Positions 52,058 through 60,548 of a DNA stretch of 64,000 bases are shown piece by piece. The notes below the pieces were generated by a model. That model made no database searches. It had not been told where the DNA came from and worked only from the letters and a program-made list of their open reading frames with translations. The stretch lies in the NCBI GenBank assembly GCA_964291655.2, contig OZ219802.1, forward strand, positions 2,240,001 to 2,304,000, in the 5' to 3' direction. How positions within the stretch are numbered: the stretch's first letter is position 1; each line of letters opens with the position of its first letter. Source of the stretch: Chloroflexota bacterium (GTDB lineage: Bacteria > Chloroflexota > UBA11872 > VXOZ01). The translations under genes were made by a program, and so were the position numbers.

Positions 52058-52822
52058 CTACCGCGCCAGCCAACCGCCGTCGATGGGCACGATCGAGCCG
52101 TGCATGAAGTCCGATTCTGGTGAGGCAAGATAGACAATCAGCTTGCCAATGTCCTCTGCCGTGCCCCAGCGGCCGGCGGGCGTGCGCAGCCGGATTTCCG
52201 GCGCCCGCGCGGGATTCTGCTGCAGCGCTGCCGTCATGTCGGTGTCGATATAGCCCGGCGCGATCGCGTTCACGTTGACCCCGTGGGGCGCCCAATCCGT
52301 CGCCAGAGCGCGGGTGATGCCGGCCACGCCGTGCTTGCTCGCGACATACGGCGCGATGTGCACGCCACCCTGAAACGACATGAGCGAGGCGATGTTGACA
52401 ACCTTGCCCCGGCCTTGGGGCACGAAGTAGCGTCCCGCCGCCTGGCAGAGGAAAAAGACGGCATGGAGATTTACCTGCATCACGGCGTTCCAGTCTTCTT
52501 CGGTTAGCTCCAAGGCAGGCTTGCGGCACGTGACGCCGGCGTTATTAACCAGGATGTCGATGCGGCCAAAGTGCGCCGCCGATTGGTCCACGAGCCCATT
52601 CAGGTCGGCAACCGTGGCCGCCGCCAAATCAGCTTGCAATGACAGGTAGCGCCGGCCCGCGGCCTCTACCTGAGCCTGCGTTTCAGTTGAAGCGGAGCGA
52701 GAAACGCCCGCCACGTCCGCGCCCGCCTCCGCGAGCGCCTTGGCAATGCCCCGCCCGATGCCCCGGCTCGCGCCCGTGACCAAGGCGACGTTGTCCTTTA
52801 GGCAGAATGCTGACGTTGTCAT
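52058..52822 (-). CDS. kduD: SDR, 2-dehydro-3-deoxy-D-gluconate 5-dehydrogenase (KduD)-like
   Basis: TGASRGIG, NNAG, IASLMSFQGG, YVASKHG, NAIAPGY, DGGWLAR. Confidence 0.75.
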   Translation of the reverse strand: MTTSAFCLKDNVALVTGASRGIGRGIAKALAEAGADVAGVSRSASTETQAQVEAAGRRYLSLQADLAAATVADLNGLVDQSAAHFGRIDILVNNAGVTCRKPALELTEEDWNAVMQVNLHAVFFLCQAAGRYFVPQGRGKVVNIASLMSFQGGVHIAPYVASKHGVAGITRALATDWAPHGVNVNAIAPGYIDTDMTAALQQNPARAPEIRLRTPAGRWGTAEDIGKLIVYLASPESDFMHGSIVPIDGGWLAR

Positions 52823-53439
52823 AGAAATTGCCCTCTCTTGGCGGCAACCACACTGCAGTTGGTCGCGCATCCGTTTCTCGTCACTGCACTACAAGAATAT
52901 ACCCTAGTCAGTCCAAACATACCCACACACGCGAACTCGCCTGCACGAGGGAATGGCGGGAGACTTGCGCATTGGCCCGGAGGGGCACGACATGTCGTGC
53001 CTCTGCCTCGGTTCCCAGTACCCGCACTGGAGAGACGGGAAACCCACATTCGGGCACGTCCGCGACCCCTGCCCGGGCACACGGGTTACATGTGTTCGGG
53101 GACATAGGTTACACGTTGCCCGGAGTGTGGTGCGTGCCCGCGTTGGATTGCACGCGGCGAGAAGCCGACGCGCCACGTGCGATTCACAACGCGGGAATCC
53201 CCTCTAGCTTGACGTGCGGCGTTCGTCCGTGACAAAATGCGATGCGTAGAAGAGCAATTGCACGCCCATGTAGCACAGTGCGATTGCCGTCTCTTGGCTT
53301 TACGCAGTCGCCTGCGTTACGCCTTTCCCAAAAACAACAGTACCCAAAGACAACTTCTGAATTGTAAAGTGCTCAAAGCGTTGCAAGCAGCCATTGCGCG
53401 TTTGCACACCACAGAGCAATGCCAGTGAGGAGGCGCCAG

Positions 53440-56400
53440 TTGGCCGGGTTCAAGGAAGTCAGTAGAGATCTCGACTTTCCCAGTATGGAGCATCGGATCC
53501 TCAAGTTCTGGGAGGATACCGCTGCTTTTGAGAAGCTTGTCGCGAAGAATAAAGACAATCCCCGCTGGTCTTTCATTGACGGCCCCATTACGGCCAATAA
53601 TCCCATGGGCGTCCACCACGCGTGGGGACGCACCTATAAGGACATCTATCAACGCTACAAGGCCATGCAGGGCTATGCCCAGCGCTATCAAAACGGCTTT
53701 GACTGCCAGGGGCTGTGGTTGGAAGTCGAGGTCGAACGCGACCTCGGTTTCGATTCGAAGCACGAGATCGAGGAATTCGGCCTCGACAACTTCTCCCGCG
53801 AGTGCCGCAAGCGCGTGGAACACTTCTCCTCGGTGCAGACGAACCAGTCCATCCGGCTCGGCCAGTGGATGGATTGGGACAACTCGTACTACACCATGGA
53901 CGATAGCAACATCGAGCACATCTGGTACTTCCTGAAGCGCTGCCACGAGAAGGCCTGGCTCTACAAGGGCTGGCGCTCCATGCCGTGGTGTATTCGCTGC
54001 GGCACCAGCCTTTCGCAGCATGAGCTGGTCGGCACGGACACGTACCGCGAGGTCACGCATCCGAGTATCACGTTGCGGCTGCCGGTAAAGGGACGTGACA
54101 ACGAGTACTTCATGGTGTGGACCACCACGCCGTGGACGTTGGCCGCCAACACCGCGCTGGCCGTGCATCCTGACCTCACCTACGTCGCTGCCGAAGCCGA
54201 TGGCAATACCTACTACCTCTCCAAGGGGACTCTTGAGAGCGTTGGCCGCGGCAAACTCAACGCCGTGCGCGAATTCCGAGGCGAAGAGCTGGTGGGCCTG
54301 GAATATGTCGGCCCTTGGCACGAGTTGCCCGCCCAGCAAGGCTTCTCTACCAAAGTCGTGGGGTGGGACATCGTCGGCGAGGAAGAGGGTACCGGCATCG
54401 TCCACATCGCGCCGGGCTGCGGCGCGGAAGACTATGAGCTTTCGCAGGAGCACGGGCTCCACGTTATCGTGCCCATCGACGGCGACGGCAACTACGGCGA
54501 CGGCTTCGGCCCGCTCGCCGGGCGCAATATCACCGAGACCAACGAGCCGATCTTCGCCGCCCTGGAAGAAGCCGGCATCGTCTACCGCATTGAGGACTAC
54601 ACGCACCGCTATCCCGTGTGTTGGCGCTGTGGGGAAGAGGTCGCCTTTCGTCTGGTAGAAGAGTGGTTCATCTCCGCCGAAGAGATTCGCCCACGCATGC
54701 TGGCGGAAAACCAGACCGTCGACTGGGTTCCTGAATACGGCGGGAAGCGCATGGACGACTGGCTGAATAACATGGGGGATTGGTGCATCTCGCGCAAGCG
54801 CTTCTGGGGTCTGCCGCTGCCGTTCTACCACTGCGAGGACTGCGACCACGTCACGATTGTCGGCACCGTGCAGGAGTTGGAAGACAGAGCTATCGATGCA
54901 GCCAAAGTGCGGGCGCTGCCGGAGCTACATCGTCCGTGGATCGATGAGATAACTATTCGTTGCGAGAAGTGCAACGGCGAGACGGCTCGTATCCCGGAGG
55001 TCGGTGATTGCTGGCTGGATGCCGGCATCGTGCCGTTCTCCACACTCGGCTACCTGGAAGGCAGCGCTGAGTGGGGCAAGTGGTACCCTGCTGACTTCAT
55101 CAGCGAGATGCGCGAGCAGATTCGCCTGTGGTTCTACGCGCTTGCCTTCATGAGCGTCACCCTGGAAGACGTCCGCGCTTACCGTAACGTGCTCATCTAC
55201 GAAAAAGTCAATGACGAGCATGGTAGACCAATGCACAAGAGCCACGGCAACGCCATCTGGTTCGACGACGCCGTTGAGAAGATGGGCGCTGACGTCATGC
55301 GCTGGCTGTATTGCGAAAGCAACACCCAGCAGAACTTGAACTTCGGTTACGGCGTGGCCCAAGACGTGAAGCGACGCCTGCTGCTCTTCTGGAATGTCTA
55401 TAATTTCTTCGTAACGTATGCCCGCTTGGAGGACTTCGATCCCACCAGTGTCAGTGTGCCCCTCGAAGTGCGGTCAATCCTGGACCGCTGGATCATTGCG
55501 CTGCTCCACAAGCTGGTGCGGGACGTGACCGACGACCTGGAAAAATACGACGCCTACAGCGTTTCCCGTCGTGTGAACGATTTCATCGAGCAGTTGTCCA
55601 CGTGGTACGTGCGGCGCGGCCGCCGCCGCTATTGGAAGTCCGGCCAGGACCGCGACACCCTCTCGGCATACCAGACGCTCTACGAAGTGCTGACCACCTT
55701 CACGCGCACGATTGCGCCCATCATGCCGTTCCTCAGTGAAGAGGTGTACCAGAACCTTGTCCGCGCGGTAGATAGCGATGCGCCGGAGAGCGTGCACCAC
55801 ACCGAGTGGCCGCGCTACAACGCGTCGCTGATCGATGAAGAACTCCTCGCCCACATGGAACTGGCCCAGCGTGTCGTCAGCCTCGGCCGCGCGGCACGCA
55901 GCACGAGCAAGATCAAGGTACGCCAACCTTTGCCGGAAATACTGGTGCACGTGAAAACCGCTGACGAGCAAGCGGGGCTCGAACGCTTGCAGGAGCACAT
56001 CCTCAGCGAACTGAATGTAAAGGCGCTGCGTTTCGTTGGACCGGAAGAGGAGCTGGTGACATACGAACTCAAACCGCGCTTCAAACTGCTCGGCCCCAAG
56101 TATGGCAGGCAGGTCAAGGCCATCGCGGCGGCGTTGGGCCGGAGCGACGCCCAGGCCGGCGCGCGGCTCGTTGCCCACGGCAAGCCCGTCACGGTAGAGG
56201 TTGAGGGAGAGCAAATCGAGCTCCAGCCGGAAGAAGTGGACGTGCAGGCCCGTGAGCGGGCAGACTACAGCGTGGCCACTGAAGAAGGGTACTTGGTGGC
56301 GCTCCACACGGAGATATCACTCGATCTCGAACGGGAAGGTATGGCGCGAGAACTCATCCATCACGTCCAGAACTTGCGGCGCGCGGCGAACTTCGACCTC

Positions 56401-56610
56401 TCCGATCGCATCGTGACGTACGTGGGAGTAAGCGACGGGGAGGCGGATCAAGCGAATGTGTCAGCCATGCTGGACGCCCACAGCGATGCCGTGGCCCAGG
56501 AGACGCTCTCCATGCGCGTCGAATCAACGCATGGGCCGGATGAGGCGCATCAAGAGACCGTTGACCTTAACGGCATATCTGTGAAGCTTGGTGTGGTACG
56601 TGCATCATAA
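53440..56610 (+). CDS. ileS: Isoleucine--tRNA ligase, type 2
   Basis: DGPITAN, GFDCQGL, WTTTPWTL, GTGIVHIAPG, DWCISR.RFWG, HRPWID, WYVRR.RRR, KVRQPL, type-2 C-terminus (EG.ARE..QNLR). TTG start after GAGGAGG. Confidence 0.96.
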   Translation: MAGFKEVSRDLDFPSMEHRILKFWEDTAAFEKLVAKNKDNPRWSFIDGPITANNPMGVHHAWGRTYKDIYQRYKAMQGYAQRYQNGFDCQGLWLEVEVERDLGFDSKHEIEEFGLDNFSRECRKRVEHFSSVQTNQSIRLGQWMDWDNSYYTMDDSNIEHIWYFLKRCHEKAWLYKGWRSMPWCIRCGTSLSQHELVGTDTYREVTHPSITLRLPVKGRDNEYFMVWTTTPWTLAANTALAVHPDLTYVAAEADGNTYYLSKGTLESVGRGKLNAVREFRGEELVGLEYVGPWHELPAQQGFSTKVVGWDIVGEEEGTGIVHIAPGCGAEDYELSQEHGLHVIVPIDGDGNYGDGFGPLAGRNITETNEPIFAALEEAGIVYRIEDYTHRYPVCWRCGEEVAFRLVEEWFISAEEIRPRMLAENQTVDWVPEYGGKRMDDWLNNMGDWCISRKRFWGLPLPFYHCEDCDHVTIVGTVQELEDRAIDAAKVRALPELHRPWIDEITIRCEKCNGETARIPEVGDCWLDAGIVPFSTLGYLEGSAEWGKWYPADFISEMREQIRLWFYALAFMSVTLEDVRAYRNVLIYEKVNDEHGRPMHKSHGNAIWFDDAVEKMGADVMRWLYCESNTQQNLNFGYGVAQDVKRRLLLFWNVYNFFVTYARLEDFDPTSVSVPLEVRSILDRWIIALLHKLVRDVTDDLEKYDAYSVSRRVNDFIEQLSTWYVRRGRRRYWKSGQDRDTLSAYQTLYEVLTTFTRTIAPIMPFLSEEVYQNLVRAVDSDAPESVHHTEWPRYNASLIDEELLAHMELAQRVVSLGRAARSTSKIKVRQPLPEILVHVKTADEQAGLERLQEHILSELNVKALRFVGPEEELVTYELKPRFKLLGPKYGRQVKAIAAALGRSDAQAGARLVAHGKPVTVEVEGEQIELQPEEVDVQARERADYSVATEEGYLVALHTEISLDLEREGMARELIHHVQNLRRAANFDLSDRIVTYVGVSDGEADQANVSAMLDAHSDAVAQETLSMRVESTHGPDEAHQETVDLNGISVKLGVVRAS

Positions 56611-56781
56611 CCGGGCGCGGTTAACGGGCGTTCTAGAGGGCGCCGCTCTCAAACCGGATTGAGACTTCCCGCAAGATAATGGGTCCAAGAAAACCAGCGT
56701 GGGTTGAGACTTAAGCAAGCAGGACATCTGAAGGAGCCTTTGCACATTCACCACCAAAGCGGGAATGCTCCCTCTCCCTTT

Positions 56782-57018
56782 GGAGACTTTTGCGTAACCC
56801 TAGCGGAAGCGAGAGAGTTCCCTCTCCCTCGACGGGAGAGGGCTAGGGTGAGGGTGAATCTCCTGCATTCGCTACATATGTATGCCTATTTTTAGGTGAT
56901 ATATCTTGACACCACACATGTTATGAGGCCATTGCAGCCAAGAGACCCCCTCACCCCAACCTTCTCCCCAGGGAGAGGGAGTGCCCCTGCCTGAAGGTGG
57001 GGTTATGCAAAGGTCTCC
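56782..57018. mobile_element. MITE with GGAGACTTTTGC / GCAAAGGTCTCC TIRs (IS5-like ends)
   Basis: 237 bp with two internal inverted hairpins; sits at the apex of CCCTCTCCCT..AGGGAGAGGG. Confidence 0.7.
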
Positions 57019-57119
57019 TGAGGGAGAGGGCCAGGGTGAGGGAGAGTCGGCGCGGGCCAGTCCGAATTTACGACAAAGTTACTTTATGTGACGAGTTTCA
57101 AAGAGAAAGGAAGTAGATC

Positions 57120-57581
57120 ATGGCTGAGAGTGCGCAGACGCTGCCACGAATCTTCAAGTGGTTTGGGGAGGGCAAATTCGCCGCCTCCGGCTTCCCCGAG
57201 ACTGAGGAAGAGCTATCCGCGGTGGCGGGGCAAGGCATCAAGCACATCGTCGCCGCCTCGCGCAAGGGGCCGGATACGGCGACCATCGAGCGACTCGGCA
57301 TGACCGTGGACAACTTTAGCGGCGTCAGCAGCGATGTGGCGACTCTCGATGCCGCGGTGGAGTCCCTGCACGCGGCTGCCCTGCGCGACGACAAAGCCCT
57401 CATTCACTGAGGCTCCGGTTTCGGCGGGGCCGGTACGGTCCTGGCAGGATACTTGGTGAAGTACGAAGGCTACGCTCCGGCGGACGCAGTGCAAGCGCTG
57501 CGTGACTTCCGCCCGGGCGATTTGAAAGGCGGCGAGGTGGTTGAATTCATCGCAGAGTACGCGGAGAGTCTGAACTCTTAG
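57120..57581 (+). CDS. Dual-specificity-phosphatase/PTP-fold protein with in-frame TGA at the catalytic Cys (candidate selenoprotein, 153 aa)
   Basis: FKWF..GKFAASGFP N-terminus, KALIH-TGA-GSGFGGAGTVLAGYLV, AVQALRDFRPG C-terminus. The frame is open to TAG 57579..57581; RBS AAGGA; terminator follows. Confidence 0.7.
57420..57449 (+). promoter_or_regulatory. Candidate bacterial SECIS hairpin
   Basis: CGGGGCCG-GTA-CGGTCCTG stem; GU-starting apical loop 22 nt after the UGA (manual fold). Confidence 0.45.
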
Positions 57582-57608
57582 GTGATCTACGCGCCCAATT
57601 TGAGAAGG

Positions 57609-57645
57609 AGAGAAGCCCGCTACTCTGCATATAGCGGGCTTCTCT
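57609..57645. terminator. Hairpin between convergent genes (probable bidirectional terminator)
   Basis: AGAGAAGCCCGCTA-N9-TAGCGGGCTTCTCT. Confidence 0.65.
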
Positions 57646-57703
57646 CATGAAATCTGTTCGACCGATTTTGGTTAGTATAGGGCACATGTGTGAAGGACTC
57701 GCC

Positions 57704-57979
57704 CTATCTCGGAATGAGTTCCAGTGCCGCCAGCACACCTGCCAAGGCTACAAACAGCAGCACAAGTTGAATCGTCAATTGGTTAAAGCGTTTCTCCAAT
57801 TGGCTAAAGCGCTTCTCAATCCGCAACTCCAGTGCTTGCAGTTCCGTCCTCAAGCCTGCCTTCGTTACGAGTTCACCGTGCTCCGCACTTACTAGGCCAA
57901 CAAGCACTTCAGCTTGGGCCTCTTCGAAGCCGGCCCCCGTAAGATTCTTCACTGCCTTGTGGGTGTCAAGCACTGCCAT
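57704..57979 (-). CDS. Small coiled-coil protein with C-terminal TM (DUF1640/CCDC90-like)
   Basis: DTHKAVK.L..AGF.E.QAE, LVTK, heptad region, C-terminal hydrophobic helix. Confidence 0.75.
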   Translation of the reverse strand: MAVLDTHKAVKNLTGAGFEEAQAEVLVGLVSAEHGELVTKAGLRTELQALELRIEKRFSQLEKRFNQLTIQLVLLFVALAGVLAALELIPR

Positions 57980-58106
57980 TTGTCGCTCTCTTCAGCGATT
58001 TCCATGTGCCGGATATGCCATCAGTATAGCACACGCTATTGGGCCAGCAGTTTGAACAAGACAGCTCAATTGCATGTCAATTAGCATGAATGGCACAAGT
58101 CGCATC

Positions 58107-59459
58107 TCAGTCACTCGGCACATCGGGATTGGGCTCCGGCCGGATGTGCTGCGCGAGAAACGCCACGAGTTCCCCAACCGGCACGCGTTCCTGCTCCATG
58201 CTGTCGCGGTGGCGCACGGTCACCGTGTTGTCGTCTTTGGTATCAAAGTCCACGGTAATGCCGAACGGCGTGCCGACCTCATCCTGCCGCCGGTAGCGGC
58301 GGCCGATGCTGCCGCTCTCGTCGTAGAAGACGTCCCAGTGCAATTGCAGCTCCGCCACGATCTCTTTGGCGATGTCCGGCAGCCCGCCCTTCTTCACCAG
58401 CGGCAAAATCGCCGCCTTGATAGGCGCGAGATAGGGATGGAACCGCAGTACAACCCGTGAATCACCCTTGGCGTCAACGTCCTGGTCGTAGGCGTCGAGC
58501 AGGAACGTAAGGAGCGCGCGATCAGCCCCGGCGGCGGGCTCGATGACGTAGGGGGAGACGTGCTCCTTCTGCTGTTCATCATAGAAGGTAAGGTCTTGTC
58601 CGGTGGCCTTGCTGTGACTGCGCAGGTCGTAGTCGGTGCGGTTGGAAATGCCTTCCAACTCACCCCAGCCGAACGGAAACTGATACTCGATGTCCCAGCA
58701 GTATTTGGCGTAGAATGCCAGCTCGTCATCTCCGTGCTGGCGCAAGCGCAGGTTCTCCTCTTTCACCCCGTAGGCGACGTACCATTGGCGCCGCGCTTCC
58801 AGCCAGTAGGCGTGCCAGTGGTCGTCGGTGCCCGGCTCGCAGAAGAACTCCAGCTCCATCTGCTCGAATTCACGCTGGCGGAAAATGAAGTTGCCAGTGG
58901 TTATCTCGTTGCGGTATGACTTGCCGATCTGGGCAATGCCGAAGGGCAGCCGCTGCCGCGACGAATTAAGCACGTTCTTGAAGTTGACGAACATGCCCTG
59001 CGCGGTTTCCGGACGCATGAAGGCAACGGCAGAGTCATCCTCCACAGGACCGACGTGCGTCTTGAACATGGTGAGGAAGCGGCGTGGGTCCGTGAACTCG
59101 CCGCCGCAATTCGGGCACGAGTCACCTTCGAGATGATCGACACGGAAGCGCTGGTGGCAACTCGTACATTCCACCAAGGTGTCGGCGAAGTGGGAGGCGT
59201 GGCCAGTGGTCTGCCACACGCTGGGGTTCATGATGACCCCGGTCTCCACGCCGACGACGTTCTCGCGGGTGCGCACGGTATTGTGCCACCACGCTTCGCG
59301 CACGTTGCGTTTCAAGGCGATGCCCAGTGGCCCGTAGTCCCAAAAGCTCTCGAAGCCGCCGTAGATCTCACTGGAGGGATACACGAATCCCCGGCGCTTG
59401 CATAGGCTTACAATCTCTTCCATGGTGTCGGATTTCTTTGCCAACGTGATTCCCTTCAC
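58107..59459 (-). CDS. glyQS: Glycine--tRNA ligase (alpha2 type)
   Basis: LCKRRGF, DYGPLG, RPETAQG, RNEIT..FIFR.REFEQME, ELEGI..R, IEP, SIGRRYRRQDEVGTP. Confidence 0.96.
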   Translation of the reverse strand: MKGITLAKKSDTMEEIVSLCKRRGFVYPSSEIYGGFESFWDYGPLGIALKRNVREAWWHNTVRTRENVVGVETGVIMNPSVWQTTGHASHFADTLVECTSCHQRFRVDHLEGDSCPNCGGEFTDPRRFLTMFKTHVGPVEDDSAVAFMRPETAQGMFVNFKNVLNSSRQRLPFGIAQIGKSYRNEITTGNFIFRQREFEQMELEFFCEPGTDDHWHAYWLEARRQWYVAYGVKEENLRLRQHGDDELAFYAKYCWDIEYQFPFGWGELEGISNRTDYDLRSHSKATGQDLTFYDEQQKEHVSPYVIEPAAGADRALLTFLLDAYDQDVDAKGDSRVVLRFHPYLAPIKAAILPLVKKGGLPDIAKEIVAELQLHWDVFYDESGSIGRRYRRQDEVGTPFGITVDFDTKDDNTVTVRHRDSMEQERVPVGELVAFLAQHIRPEPNPDVPSD

Positions 59460-60238
59460 GACTGTGTTTTCAACGCGCGCATACGCTCCAGAAAGGGCGT
59501 TGTCTTCAGGTCCTGTTCGGCGACATAGCGCACAAAGGCATCTGCGGTCTGTTCCAGTTGGGTGGTGGTAGCTGAGTCTGCCTGCAGGCGCTCAACGGTG
59601 TGCAGCGGCTCTTGTGCCAACCAGCGGAGGCACTTGATAGCACGAACCGTTAGCGGCGACCCGGAGGCGCCGCCACACGCAGCGCACACGACCCCACCGC
59701 TATCCGGGCGCACCTGGATACGCGCAGCCACAGACGCCCCCGCCGCTGAGAGCGGATTGCCGCACCGCGCGCAGTCTTGAAACTGGGCCTGATACCCAAG
59801 GGTCGCCAGTAGTTGTAGTTTATAGGCTACCAAGACCAGCGGCAATGCGGCCGTAACCGCCAGGGCGCCCAGCGCCTTGATGAGCAAGATGAACTCCCCA
59901 TGCGCTTCCACTTCCTCTTCGACCAGAATGTGCGCGGCCTCGACGGCTTGGTAGGCGTAGGGCAAACGTGCGAGATCGGTGCGCAGTTGTGGGAACGTCT
60001 GCACGGTTTCCGCCTGCACCACCAGGTCCAGACTGCGACGGCGTACCACGAAGACCTTGGCCAACGTAAAGAGTTCCAGGTGCCCCGCCATGCGGCTGGT
60101 CGGGCGGCGCACACCTTTGGCAACTACGTTGAGGCGTCCCCGATCAGGCGTAAGGAGGGTCAGCCGTCTATCGGCCTCGTGAAAGTCCGTCCGGCGCAGG
60201 ACGAGCGCTTCCGCGATGTACGTTCGTTCATTTGCCAT
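59456..60238 (-). CDS. recO: DNA repair protein RecO
   Basis: EADR.LTLLT...G....AKGVRR..S, C4 Zn finger CARC..CAAC; overlaps the glyQS start. Confidence 0.92.
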   Translation of the reverse strand: MANERTYIAEALVLRRTDFHEADRRLTLLTPDRGRLNVVAKGVRRPTSRMAGHLELFTLAKVFVVRRRSLDLVVQAETVQTFPQLRTDLARLPYAYQAVEAAHILVEEEVEAHGEFILLIKALGALAVTAALPLVLVAYKLQLLATLGYQAQFQDCARCGNPLSAAGASVAARIQVRPDSGGVVCAACGGASGSPLTVRAIKCLRWLAQEPLHTVERLQADSATTTQLEQTADAFVRYVAEQDLKTTPFLERMRALKTQS

Positions 60239-60548
60239 GAAATCTCAACGTCTTTCACCGCAAGGGAGTACTGCCTAGGTGTACGTACCGCAGGGAGATG
60301 CTGCAAGGTATCGGTCGCTCATTCTTCTCAAAACGACACAATCCCCACCACAAATCGACGCTAGAATTGTGCAAGGCTGCGAGTTGCGTCACTCACAGCC
60401 TTGTTTGAACTCCCCCGTGAAATGGCGTATCCGGTTAGTCCCGTCTCCGCTTCAATAGCCGAAAATAAAATTGGACACACTGCCTCATCCACATCTCGCG
60501 TTGCCTGGGGAAGCATCCGCCACAATTGAAACATCGCTTGGCAATCGG

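Noticed and set aside
53220-53439. T-box leader upstream of ileS
   Set aside because: No GGTGGNACC T-box motif or terminator is visible.
57120-57410. 96-aa stand-alone protein as given by the ORF track
   Set aside because: It ends immediately before the active-site loop of a recognisable fold whose remainder continues in frame.
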